From the NCBI GenBank assembly GCA_951406725.2, contig OX597822.1:40238001-40302000 (forward strand): a DNA stretch of 64,000 nt. Direction: 5' to 3'. The translations under genes and the position numbers were made by a program. This DNA comes from Octopus vulgaris. Taxonomy: Eukaryota. This document shows, one piece after another, positions 15,491 to 29,058 of this stretch (within the stretch, counting starts at the first letter, position 1; every line of letters starts with the position of its first letter). The notes under the pieces were generated by a model. It ran no database searches. It had not been told where the DNA came from and was given only the letters and a program-made list of their open reading frames with translations.

Positions 15491-17097
15491 GGTATCAATT
15501 AAAAAACAGAAAAACAAACGAAAACCCCAAAAATCTCTAATCTAAACGAAAATGCTCACGTGGAGTTTTGTACAAGATAGCCTCCCCCCCACATATATAT
15601 ATAAAATATATATAGGGTAGGAAAATTGGAGAAATGTTCTACCTGTGGCTAGCATGCATACGATAATCAATAGACAACATATTATTCATATAAAATTAGA
15701 ATACATTTATACACAAAAGAGGTGCATGTAAGGTGTCCTGTTTGGGTCACCTCTTTTGTGTATAAATGTACACTAATTATGTATATATTTGTGTATGTGT
15801 GTGTGTGTGTTTGTGTGTGTGTTGCACATCTATTGAACCTACAGATAATCGGCAAAAAATCTTAATTGAAACCAAGGTATGAAATTAAACCCGTTTACAT
15901 ATGGTTAAGCATACATACACACACACACACATACATACACACATACATACATACACACATACATACATACACACATACATACATACACACATACATACAC
16001 ACACACATACATACACACACACATACATACACATACATACATACACATACACACACATACACACTCATATATACATACACACATATACATACATACACAC
16101 ACACAGTCACGCACACACACATATGGCTATGTCTATGTAGTGACGCAGAGGTTATATAGTGAGAGAAATTCTCAAGAGTACAAAGGTTTTATATAGTCAT
16201 GTAGCAGCATGTTTAATATAAGAAACACAGGATAAAGCCGAGAAATGTCTCTATAAAATACTGTCTTGCTTGATATAGCAACTTTATTGTCCTCCTTAGG
16301 TAGCTTTACTGTATCACATGCGTTAGACATTTTACGATTATCACACAAGCTAATAGAAGCCGAAGGAACAGAGAATGTAATAATGGTTTACGGTCGAATA
16401 ATCAAGAAACAAGCAGCGAAGGAGGGGGAGAGAGAGGATGGGAGAGTATATCAGAAGTAAAGGAGGGTGAGGGGGGAGGAAGAGGAGAGTATCCATTTTT
16501 CTCAATCCTTATTCCGAATCATGGCCATATCGGACCAATTATCTGCATTATTATAGCGACAAATATTTCTTCCTGTGTCAACCGCAGAAACAGGAGAATT
16601 CTGTTTCAGCATCCGACTACAAGCAACACCATCACATTCAAAACACCGCCACCACCACCAACAACAACACAATTGTAATCATCAACGACGAGCACCACCA
16701 CCAACATCGCCATCACCATAAACACCAGCCCTGCCATTACCACCATCAGTTTTCATGACTGCCGTCATCAACGTCGTTGCTATCAGCAGCAACAATAATA
16801 GCTCCAACGTCACTATCAACATCATTAGTATTAACGCTGTGACCAACCTGCCACCACAACAATCTCTACTGACGCACCACATCCAGCACCGCCATTTCCA
16901 TCGCCGCCATTTCCATCGCCGCCGTCACCACCACCACCTCTATTGATTTCCTATTCCAGTACATACCAATAACAACTTCATCTCTATTTTTTCATTACTT
17001 CACAGCCACAGCCAACAATAATCACACAATAAATCTACTTTCACTATCATTATCTCTTTGACATCACATGACTTCTCATGTCACATGAATCATTGTT

Positions 17098-17131
<34 letters not shown>

Positions 17132-17266
17132 TAATAATAGAAATATATATACGTAAACACATATGCATATATACTTATGTATATTTATGTATTTATATAT
17201 GTATATATTGATATTGTATGCGTGTATGCTTGTGTGTGGATATATATATATATTATATATATGTGG

Positions 17267-17297
<31 letters not shown>

Positions 17298-17846
17298 CAT
17301 ACATACATACATATCTATATTTTCTATCCAAAGATTTTATTTACTCACTGTTATTTGTGGTTTTATCTGCTTCGGGTTACATCACAACTTTGGTAGCAAA
17401 TTATTTAAAGTTTTCTCCAAGTTTCAAAATTCCTATGACGCAAGCAACACATACACATATACGCATATAATAATAACAATAATGTTGATGATTTTATATA
17501 TATATATATGAATCACAGGCAAAACAGGAAGAAACGAAACAATAACGTAACTATTCATTTTTAATACTTTCTGGCAGATTTGAACATAGATATCTGATCA
17601 CCCTTGTTTTTCATCATCAGAGAACACCTACATTTAGACTATATTCATTCATATCACATCCACACGTTTTACCAGTGTGAGGGATCTTAGAGATGCTCAG
17701 GTGTTTCGAATTCTTCTGTCTCCTCAGTCAAAGCTACCCCACCGAACTGATGACTCTACAACGAGCACGAGTTCTTGTTTCTCAAAATCAACAAACGAAT
17801 TTCACTTTTGAATCTGCAAGACTGTATTATGAGTGGCTACATTATT

Positions 17847-17948
<102 letters not shown>

Positions 17949-18070
17949 AGCGAGAAATATGTGTCATGAACTTCGTATATTTCATATCCATTACGAACCT
18001 TTCAGCGGTTGAAGATAAAGATCGATGAACAATCACGAATTATAAATTACAAGTTATAAAATATATTCGA

Positions 18071-18115
<45 letters not shown>

Positions 18116-18186
18116 AATCAGAATGTAACCACATGTGAATCGTTGGCCATTTTTCCCTCTGTCTTCCTTTTCTATTGGAATTTCCT

Positions 18187-18221
18187 GTTTCTGAAGAAAA
18201 GCTTTGCTCGAAACGTTAAAC
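18187..18221 (+). ncRNA. Minimal hammerhead ribozyme-like motif
   Basis: gttt|CTGAAGA|a|aagc-ttt-gctc|GAAA-CG-TT|aaac. Stem I gttt/aaac pairs; one mismatch at the base of stem II. Lies in repeat 18125-18312. Confidence 0.55.
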
Positions 18222-19805
18222 CATCTTTCTTTCCTTCCCCGAGGGTCTGCTAATACTTTACATGTACCAGGTCCTCGCGATATTGGTTTGTTCTTCGTTT
18301 TTTTAAATTTACTATATATATATATATATATATATTGTTGTATTTGGGGATAGCCATATATATATATATATAAACTTATATATACACACACGCACATACA
18401 CACACATATGTCGAGAGATAGATAGATAGAGAGAAAGAGAGAGAGAGAGAGAGAGAAGGAGGTTCAAAGATTATCCATATATTATTTAATCCGTGTTGAA
18501 CGAGACTTAAAAGCTCTGCCTGATGTGGTTGAATAACCCTGCAAATAAAACCTTTTCCCAATAAACAAATATTTTATCGTAAAAGTTGACGTTTTGCTCA
18601 GCATTAATATTCTACTGTCAGTAAATGCTTCGTGGCACTTGCTTTAAAATACGTAATCGCAGACACACACACACATACGCACACTAAAGAAAAAATACAA
18701 CTATAGTCATTTAAAACCTGTTTGTATTGAATTCGATGTTTTTTAATCTTAGAACGCACACACACACATATAGACATTCACGCTCAGGCTCTCACACTCG
18801 CATGCATATACATAGTATACGCTCGCACGTACATTTCCTTGCTGTAGATAAGTACGTATAGCATATGTATGACATATATAATAACACGGGAGATTGACTT
18901 AGAAAATTGGATTTTGAAACTGAGGAAGCGTTTTCCTAAATGTGGCTGACAATTTTGATAATCTCTGTGGAACGAACAATTGACAGTTTCTTAGAACTGT
19001 TTAATTGTGGAGAAACGGCAAAATCAATAGATTGAACTCTCTCTTTCTCTTTTCACTCACTTTCTCTGCTTTCTCTCTTTCCTTTTTCTCCCTCTGTCTT
19101 GCTCTGACTCTTTCAGTTTCTTTCAGATTGTTTCTTTCTCTCTCTCTCTCTCTCTGTAGATATGTCTGAGTCCCTCTTCAGTTCTGTCTTTCTGTCTCTT
19201 GTAACGGTAACCTTCTGTACGTGTTTTCCGTTCGTGTCTATTTCTCTCTCTATTGCTAACTACATTTCTATTTGTCTCTCACAGTCTCTCTCTCTCCCCT
19301 TCCCTCTGTTTTCCGTTTGTGTGTGTTTCTCTCTCTGTTGATAATTCCACTTCTCTCTACGTCTCTCATAGTCTGTCTCTCTCTCTCTCCCTCTGTAGGT
19401 ATATATGTATACGAATTTTCTGGTATGCATCTGCCAATATCTCTGTTTCACTGTCTCCCGATGACTCTCGCTCTAGTCTCCTTCTTCTTTCCCTCACTTC
19501 TTTAGCTTCTCTTCACACACACACACACACACACGCACACACACGCGAAGAAAATAAAGCAGCAACATATCTACAAGAACTGGTTTTGGCAACAATAAAT
19601 AAGAATGAAACAACTCGAAGATTGAGTCTGTGGAGAATGGTTATATTTTAAGTAGATTGTAGTTGCCTTTGCCAAGTTGTCATGGGAACGTGAAGACTAC
19701 TTTCAAGGGATCTAATATTTGTTTCCCTAGTTTCGCCCAGTGAGAGCACTTGAGTCATTTGGACAGATATATCGAGATATAAACGCTGCCAACTGGCAGA
19801 CATAC

Positions 19806-20078
19806 AGGTACTCCGTCGGTTGTGACGACGAGGGTTCCAGTAGATTCGATCAACGTGAAATTAACGTTATAGTGGTTGAGTATTCCTCAGGCTCGCGGAC
19901 CCTTAACGTAATTCTCAGGTAGATTCAGCGTGACAGAATGTAATAAGACTGGCCCTTTGAACTAGAAACACTACTCATTTTTGCTAGTTGAGTGGACTGG
20001 AGTGACGTGAAATTGAACTCACGACCTACCGATCGTGATCCGAAAGAATACTCTGACCTTTAAGCCACGCGCGTTCAC
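19806..20078 (-). mobile_element. SINE with tRNA head, alternative (CORE-like) middle and tail type 1
   Basis: Minus strand ...ctccagtccactcaactagcaaaaatgagt...ctggaaccctcgtcgtcacaaccgacggag. Confidence 0.78.
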
Positions 20079-21241
20079 AACTGGTAGACATATCAGGGAG
20101 TCGGACAGAAGGCCTTGATTTATCCCTTCCGTGTCTTTGTGTTGCGGATTCAAATTTTGCAGAGGTCAAATCCTGTAGCGGTCAAGATAATAACCTAGCT
20201 AAGCATGGGGCGTTTGTTGTTGTTGCTCTGCATCTTTTTCATGTATACTTATTATTATACATGTATACATGTTTGTATTTATTTATTTATTTATTTATGT
20301 ATGTATGTATGTATGTATGTATATATATGTGTGTGTGTGAGTGCATATGTACATATTTGTGTGAATATATGCCCGCCCGCGCACTCACACACAAACACAC
20401 ACATATCCATACATATATAATTATATTCACACACACACACATACACACATATTTATGTTATGCTGTCCGTGTACAACAGAAGACAACCTTTTAGACTTCA
20501 GCCTGCCAAGCTCTATCGATATTTGCAATTATTTGCATAAATTTGCATGCAGTTGCAAAGATTCCAAATAAAGATACCTTTATCATCTTCCTAGTCTTCT
20601 GAAGGTTTTTGTTCGGATATCATTTCGCCCGCTTCTCTTGTGGCTATCATTTACTATCACGCAATATTTCATGTATTCTCTCTTCCCCTTTCCTTCTTCC
20701 AACTTCCCACCCTTTCTTGCTTTCTTATATGCACACGCACATTTATACATTCATAGACACATACATACATATATAATGTTTGTGTGTGTGTATTTACGCA
20801 TACAATTTACAATCATGAATACTGTGGAAGCTATCATTGTTACTTGATTAAGTTGTTCGCTCTTCCATTCCTTGTTTTAGTTACGAAACTGCTGCACAAA
20901 TACATCACAGTATTTGTCTCTCGCTTCGGGTCGACCCAGAATTGATGGAGTTAGTTTATGTGAAAACCTGGTGGATGTACTAAATCTATACTCGAGTTGT
21001 AGTGTCTGATTAATCCTTTATTCCTCTTAAATGCCAATGCTTGATCCATGATCGGAGTCCTTTCGGTTGTAAGTGCTTGGTTCAAGTTTTCGGTTTAAAT
21101 TTTTCTCGCCAGCCACGGGTTTCTCTGGCTAACCTATAAAACAGAATAAATAAAATACCTCTGCGGATTTCAGTTTTGATTAGCAACTGTTAGTAGGTTT
21201 ATAAGTTCATATCAAGTATGTTGAGAGTAACATTTACACCA

Positions 21242-21433
21242 GCCTAGTTCTCAGCTGGGGTCCATTTAGCCAGCCAAGGGCTATATGACCCTTGGGGATC
21301 CATATAAGATTTTGTAGTGTAAATTTATGTACAATAAATTGGTTATGCTTCTACAATACACAGAAAATAGACAGGATCCATGCAACACAAGTACAAAGAA
21401 ACCCGTAGGTTAAAAAATGTTTGAAGACCACTG
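21242..21433. mobile_element. Possible decayed hAT-type MITE
   Basis: Ends tagttctcagctggggtcc and aaaatgtttgaagaccactg resemble CAGTGGTTCTCAA-type TIRs. Confidence 0.4.
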
Positions 21434-23229
21434 CTCTATACGTTTTTCGTTGAAGGATAGAGAGCAGACGTCTTTATAGCTATTGTTGTGCATCTCCAGA
21501 TCAACTCTAATTCAGCTGTTCTCTGAAACACAGTATGTTGGTACAACGATAGGCACCACCCACGTACACATAGTTTTGGATATAGCTTGCTTTCATCTAA
21601 CAGTCCACAACATTGCAATCAAGAATAAGAGGGACGATATGGCAGTGTTGACACATGGTAATTTCTCCTTTGTTAAGTCCATGTATGTTCACCTGTTGTT
21701 ATGTAGCCTTTGGTCAGCTCCGATCAAGTAATCCAATCTATTACTCGTAGTTGACCGAGCGATTAGCTACATCTCATATATCTTTGTTCCAGATATATCG
21801 TTCCTCTGGCTATCCTAAAACCATACGGCACCTTCAAACAAGCAATGGCAAAAGGAATCGTATAGAGCGTAGTAATACTTTTTGGAAGTGTTGTTAGGTT
21901 GATTCTTCTTTGAGAAATTATTAAGAGACATTGTTGAGACTCTCTTTCTGAACTTCGGTGGAGGAGTCATGGCTCCTTGTTGTTCAGAAATTGTTCGGTA
22001 ACCTTGAATAAGCAGGTTCTCAAATTAACAAATGATAGGGACCCTATGAAATATTAATGATAACTCGTGCACCCCCAACCGTTCGGTATTAACGAAACAG
22101 AAAAGCAGATTTTGCATATACATAATTCTTTCTTCATCATGGCGATGGACAGGTTTAAAATGTTTAAAACAAAACATAATTTCATTAAACACTGCAATAT
22201 GTTAGACTTCTTTTCAGTCCACACTGAGCTTCACGAGGGAGAAGACCTCCTACCTTTTCCCTATGAGAAACACTGACCTAAATAACGGAAATAACAGCAA
22301 GATAAGCCATGGGTGTAGTCAAAATTTCGATTTAGGGGGTCTCAGTTAATAAAATGGATGCCCCATTAGCCTTTAATTTGCGTTTCATGTACAAGTATGT
22401 TTATATATATATAATTAGGCGGTGGGAAGGAGACTATCGTTGAAGCTTGTGGAACCCTTTTCTGGTTACTTATGTGTTTGAAATAGGAAACACGATAGGC
22501 TGGTATCCTTTCTTCTACATAGTATTTACTTCTTGTGTATTTAAATCAATAAACTCAGAATTCAGCTTCACTTCTCACGAGATTTGTTTTGAGTAGGAAA
22601 CTACTATATACCCTTTTTTTGCATATATACAAATAGTTTATACATACATATTTTACATATACACATTTTAGTGTGTAACGTCAGCTTATACTCAGACATT
22701 TTAGAATAGAATGCTTATATACTTATGCACACATTCAGTGTATCATGTTTGTATAAACACCAAGTGCAAATTTTTCATCTAAGCACCAACTGTTGTGTTT
22801 GTGAGTAGTACTGTTACAGGAATTTACACGCGCACTCAAATACACATACACGCACGCACACACACAAGAAGACAAATATATACACAGACACGTACACTGA
22901 AAAATAGGCACACAAGCAAACACGCATAAAGGCCCGGAGATTGTTAGTCCTTTAGTTTGTTGTTGCCATCACAGCAAAGGCAAGACTGGAGAGCTACCCC
23001 AGTGAGTGAATATTATTTATATAGTTACGCATACATCTCATCGTGTGCTTTTTAATACACTGACGCACATACCTCAGTACATTTTTAGACAAACAGATTA
23101 TACCACGTGACCAAAAATGTCCACCATGTGTAATGTTTTTAACGGGTAGCAAACTTTTGAAACTACAAGCGGTTTATGTACGATGGTATACATACCAGTA
23201 ACTGGTTATGATATTTAAATGTACTGAAT

Positions 23230-23590
23230 GGTGGACTATGGCCTGAGTCTTGACCACATTAATCTGGTACTTATACATGACAGCTAGGTAAATTGGTGAA
23301 CTTTAGTCTGAGACTGGGGCATTTTTGATCTAGTGCCTATGGCTTACAACTAGGTTGACTGATCGATCGACTGATTTGAGACTGGATTACATTTATGTGG
23401 TCCCAATACTTGACAGCCAGTAGGACTGAGTGGTAGGCTGAGGCTAACCACTTTCATCAGGTATGTCTGCTTGACAGCTAAGTAGGAACTAGGGTCTGAG
23501 ATTGGACCAGAGTAATCTAGTACCTAGTACCAGCAGCTGATCGGTGTCTGAAACTGAGCCGACTTGTTCTGGTACCTACACTTGATATCG
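23230..23590. repeat. Degenerate ~55-68 bp tandem repeat, about 6 units
   Basis: Recurring gtctgagactgg..acatt.atctggtacctatacttgacagct-like unit at ~23244, 23308, 23376, 23438, 23495 and 23548. Confidence 0.7.
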
Positions 23591-24339
23591 AGGGAATCTG
23601 TTCGGAAATATAAAAAAATCTCACAGTAACAATAGTTGAAAGCTTTCTGCGCTGGAAAATATTACCTCTGCAGGATTAAATTAAACTTTCACACTGTAGA
23701 TATATCAGTAATAGTAGCGAACTCTCCCTCCATTTACACCATACGGGAAGGATAAACAGGCTGGAAAAAGAAAAAGCTGATTCTTGAAATTAAAGGCAGG
23801 ATGGTCATACGTGGAATGCTTTTAATTGAGATTGAAATATTGTTAAAACGATTACATGTGTATTTATTCTGAATAGGTTCAAGCAGGTTCGAATACAAAA
23901 TATGCTAATAGCTGTAGTGTACGTCATGGGAGAACAACTTCTCCCATTTACGACTACAATATGTTCAACACACTCAGCTCATAAGACACCGAAGTTTCGG
24001 CATGCTGTGCCTACATCCACACATGATGTTTATCTTAAATAATATCTTAATATCTATTTGATATATAACTTATATATAACTTAATATACAGCTTACATCT
24101 AGTTTACCTTAAAAATATCCTAATAAATATTTAACGTTTTAATATCTACCTTAACACTAACCCAATAAAATTATAATACACGTAAACATTACCTTACTTC
24201 CGTCTTAATACTCTACTTGTAGAACCTGTCTGATATTTGTAATAACTGTTTTGATATTTTTAAGTAACGATTTACGCTTGTAAGTACTGTCCTAAAAACA
24301 CTCATCTATCTACCTGTCTGTCTGTCTGTTAAGCAGTAT

Positions 24340-24612
24340 GTTTCTCTCTCTCTCTCTCTAGTTGTCTGTCTGTCTCTCACTCTCTCTCTATTTCTAGCTG
24401 CCTGTCTATCTGTCTCTCTCTCTCTCTCTAGCTGTCTGTGTCTCTCCCTCTCTCTAGCTGTCTGTCTGTGTGTCTTTCTCTAGCTGTCTGTCAGTGTCTC
24501 TCTCTCTCTCTAGCTGTCTGTCTCTGTCTGTCTGTGTGTCTGTCTCTCTCTTTCTCTTTCTCTCTAGCTGTGTGTGTGTGTGTGTGTGTGTGTCTCTCTC
24601 TCTAGCTGTCTG
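24340..24612. repeat. (TC)n tract punctuated by recurrent TAGCTG
   Basis: About 8 tctctagctg-like units with variable TC/TG spacers. Confidence 0.85.
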
Positions 24613-24825
24613 TGTATGCATGTATGTGTGTATGTATGTGCTGGTTTTTGAGGTAAAGCAAACACTCATCGGCAGGGGATTTAAGTTCTAAACTGCTGAG
24701 AGACATTCACTGGAAGAGTATAAGTCTGTGTTCAGAAAAGAGGCGGATTTATCTGAATTTGACAGCTTAGAGAACATACACCACACGAGGTTTCAAAGAA
24801 GCATTTGACAAGACAAGTTTACTAG

Positions 24826-24944
<119 letters not shown>

Positions 24945-25327
24945 TATGTATGCATTATGTGTGTGTGTGTGAAATTTGTATAATGAACAGCAACCACTCA
25001 TGATATCAAATACGATCTTATCAAATTTGTTTAATTTAATTTTGAAGCAGATATAAATATACACGCGTACTGACATTACATATAAATAATATACAGATAC
25101 AGACCTCTGATAATGTAGGCTTCTCTCTGTAGAGATTGAGGGCGACAAAAATAAGTCTTTCTGGATACAAGTGAGTGGCACTGTGTGTCTATGTGAAGAT
25201 TTTGTTGCAATAACAATCTGTATGTACGCTGTTTTTTCCCGTCGTCATTACACTCAAACACACAGAGACACAGACACACACACTAATACGTTACACTGTG
25301 TGTGTGTGTGTGTGTAAAAATATGTAG

Positions 25328-25383
<56 letters not shown>

Positions 25384-25929
25384 GCAGAATTTGATAAAGT
25401 AAATATAATTTACAAAATATTTTCTTCTAACTTCGTTAATTAAGTATACAGATAAAAGCATTCTCACACATTAAATATATATATATATATAACATATATA
25501 TATATAGAACGATATATACATATACGGACACATTTTGTGCTTACACACACACACATATATACATACATACGTATATGTATACGTTGACACTTTGAAGCAT
25601 GTGTACACAGCGTCCACAAACATGCACACAAATGCTATAACCCAACATATATGCAAACATACACACATGTATGTGCGTATAATATATACTTTTATATATG
25701 TCTGCGTGTGTGTGTGTGTGTGACTGCTTCAATATAAGAATCTACGCATATGAAATCTCATTTTCCGGAATGCAAACTTCATAATTGCTATATTTTCACA
25801 CAACAAACGCATGCTCAAACGCAAGCATATATCTCTATACATACATACATACATACATACATCATATATAAATGAAGTGTGTGTATGCGCAGAACGTGTG
25901 TGCGCACGTATGTGTGTATGTAGCATAAG

Positions 25930-26088
25930 CATGATTATGTCGTTAAGAGATTTGCTGTGCAACCACATGTTTTCGGGTTCAATGTCACTGTGAGGTCCTT
26001 GGTTAAGTGTCTTTTCACTTTCACCTGGGGCTCGACTTAATCTTGTGATTAAATTTAGTCGACAGGAATCCTGTGGCAGCTCGTCATA
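25930..26088 (+). mobile_element. SINE-A 5' half, old
   Basis: caaccacatgttttcgggttcaatgtcactgtgaggtccttggttaagtgtctt. Confidence 0.6.
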
Positions 26089-26346
26089 TATATATATATA
26101 CGCATTGCACATGCAGTCTTCGTTAATTCACGTTTATCTAATATAGTTTCCTTTTGAGTCTCAACTAATGTATTTAACAAGTAACACATGTGACGGTAAC
26201 AAAAATAACAACAACAAAATGTAATCGTCGACGTCGTCGTCATCATCATCAACAACAACATTTACAAAGTTAAATTGCAAGTAAGCATACCAAAGAAGTG
26301 CTGGATTCTCTCATAGCTGTGTACAGAATATGTAGAATCAGATATA

Positions 26347-26490
26347 CATTATTTAGATTCAACGGATATCTATCCTCATCTTGTTTGTTGTTAACACAAC
26401 GTTTCGGCTGGTAAACCCTCCAGCTTTTTTCTGGTCTCTTGGGGAAATTTCGAACCTGTATTCTAATTCATAAGGTATTTTTCGATGTTG

Positions 26491-26522
<32 letters not shown>

Positions 26523-26671
26523 GTTATTGTTCAGGTCACTGCTTGGAATCGAACTCGGAATCTTGGGGTTAGTAGCCCGCGCTCTTAACCCCTACGTCAT
26601 ATATCCGTGGGCATATGGAAAGTGGTTAATGTAAATAATGAAAATAATTCCTTATCTCTTAAATATAGAAC
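26347..26671 (-). mobile_element. tRNA-headed SINE-like element with (AAT)n linker and Penelope/hammerhead-like tail
   Basis: Head 26533-26607 has an A-box-like tgacgtagggg, loop ct-act-aa and B-box gagttcgattcc. Tail contains gctgg-agggttta-ccagc-cGAAACGTT. Flanked by tgtagaatcagatata and tgtagactcagatata. Confidence 0.75.
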
Positions 26672-27074
26672 TGTAGACTCAGATATATTATGAAATGTTC
26701 GTAGATGTAGCTATGGAGCACTAGACGTGTGTTCGTAACAGCAACAACACTGTTACAGTAGTGAGAGGATTACGTCAATGTAATCCTCACTTGAGGTCTG
26801 TAGAAGCTTAGTGGTTGTAGAGTAAGATGAGGCGTTTTCTGTGTCTGAAGAAAAAAGGCTAGAATTTTAGATGCAATCTTTACTATGGATTGATGTGGAT
26901 TTACAAAGAAAGACCCTCATATTCTCACTGGTGATGAAGCATAGCACTTGTAGAGATCATGTAGGTTCGAGTTAAGTGCCTCCTGTGTTTAGATTAGTTT
27001 GTTTTATTGATTCGTATAGTTAATTCTTCGTGATGTTGAATGAAGCAACAGTGATAAGCCTCCCCTACTCACAC

Positions 27075-27276
27075 TGACGCGTGGCTTACTGGTTTCGATT
27101 CCTGGACTGGGCGATGTGTTGTGTTCTTGAGCAAAACACTTCATATCACATTGCTCCAGTCCCTCAACTGGCAAACATGAGTAATACTGTGAGGGTCCTA
27201 TCCAGATGGGGAATATATACGTCGTGGAAACCGAGAACCGGCCCTTAGGAGTCGAGAAGAAAACTTTACCTTTACT
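27075..27276 (+). mobile_element. SINE with CORE-like middle and a third tail type
   Basis: ggtttcgattcctggactgggcgatgtgttgtgttcttgagcaaaacactt...gaaaactttacctttac. Confidence 0.68.
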
Positions 27277-27764
27277 GTAATATACTTAGGTATCAACACG
27301 GTTTGGCATAAGCTGTCTCTATTGCGTTTGTGTCAACCCCCCACCCCCGCCCAAAAAACCAAAGGAACGAAGGGTGATGTCATCTGAATAACTGTGAGTA
27401 TTATTGGAAGTGAGAAGTGACACCTAGTAGATAGTAACCAATCTTGGAGCAGAGAATTGATTGATTCCTGATGGAGAAAAGGCAAAGTTGATTTCATAAG
27501 AATTTGATTACATGAAACAAGGACGTGCAGCAACTGCTGCTGCTGTTGTTGTTGTTAAGCAACAAGACGGGTAAGGGTGGTTATGTGATGGTCTAGGGCT
27601 TAGGCACGGGAGACCCCCAGACTTGAAAAAAAAAAACTTTGGTCGTCTTGTTGTAGCTGAGGAGCTCTTCGTTGACCCCCGACACCACTGGGAGGTGGCT
27701 CTCGAAGTCGCTGGAAATGGAGATCTCCAGGTCCAAATTTTTGAACGGCTGCTGCTGCTGCGGC

Positions 27765-28082
27765 TGATGATAGTGATGAAAGCGATGATGACGATGATGA
27801 CAAGTACGATAACAACGATGATGATGTTAATGATGATGTTGATGACTTCAGCCATGATGATGATGACGATATCGAAGACGATGATGATGATGATGAAATC
27901 GACGGCTTTGTTGATGATGATAAAGACGATCATAATAATGATGACGACGACGGTGATGATGATAATGACGAACCATGATGGTGACGACGACAATAATAGC
28001 GATGACGCCGATGACGAATTTGGCGACTGCGAAGATGAAAATGGCATTGATGACGATGATGATGATGATGATGACTGCAACA
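27765..28082. repeat. Degenerate (GAT/GAC)n trinucleotide tract
   Basis: Direct reading. Confidence 0.9.
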
Positions 28083-28662
28083 ACGAAGACAGCAGGAACA
28101 GTGACCATAAAGATGCTGATGCTATCTTACAGACAGTAAATCAGATAACAAAATACGAAAGTCTGAGATTTGGTGTCGTCATTGAAAGTAGGGCACACTG
28201 TTACAATCTTTTTAGGGAGCCGGCATAACGGCACTTATTATCGTCTGCCTCAGTGAAATATTATCGTCTGCTTCGTTGAAATATTATCCTGCTGAAGAAA
28301 TGCGCAGACAAGAAGACTGAACTTTCGTTGTACAGTTATTTTGTTTTTTATTGTTTCTGTTATTCTTTAAGTTACTCCAGTCCAAAAGATTTACAAAGAG
28401 TAGGAAAGAAAATTATCTAAGAGATTTTTAGGAATTCAATGTTCTGAAAAAAAAAATGGTTGACTTTCTAGTCGTAATCTGATATTGTTTTCGGTAGACT
28501 GTTTGGTTTAATTTTGTCCCTGGTGTGTTAGATTGTGCAGATATGTTTGCATATATGAGTGTGTGTTTGCGTGTGAGTATACATCTGTACACACATACAT
28601 GAATACATACATGCATACATAAATAATACAAACACGCGCGCGCACAAACACGTATATGTATG

Positions 28663-29058
28663 TATTCTTTTACTTGTTTCTGTCATTTCGCCGCGGCCAT
28701 GCTGGAGCATGCCCTTAAAGCATTTTGGTCGAAGAAATCGACCCTAGGACTTATTCTTTGTAGGCATAGTACTTATTTTATCGGATCGGTCTCTTTAGCC
28801 AAACTGCTAAGTTACGGGGACATAAACATACCAGCATTGGTTGTCAAGCGATGGCAGGGGGAGGGACAAACATAGAAACAGCACACACACACACACACAC
28901 ATATATCTATACGACGGGATTCTTTCAGTTTCCGTCTACCACATCTACTCACAAGGCTTTGGTCAGCCCGAGATTATAGTAGTTGCCCAAGGTACCACAC
29001 GCTGGGACTGAACCTGGAACCATGTGATTGGGGAGCAAGCTTCTTACCACACAGCCGC
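28663..29058 (-). mobile_element. SINE-A, near full length (tRNA-like head, internal microsatellite, ...gactgaaacaagtaaaaga-type tail)
   Basis: Colinear with more than 15 other copies in the window. Confidence 0.88.

Noticed and set aside
23230-23590. CRISPR-like repeat-spacer appearance
   Set aside because: Units are degenerate throughout, with no identical repeats and no cas genes, in a eukaryotic context.
27623-28228. 201 aa Met/Asp-rich ORF and antisense Ser/Ile/His ORFs
   Set aside because: Explained by the (GAT)n tract; no recognisable protein.
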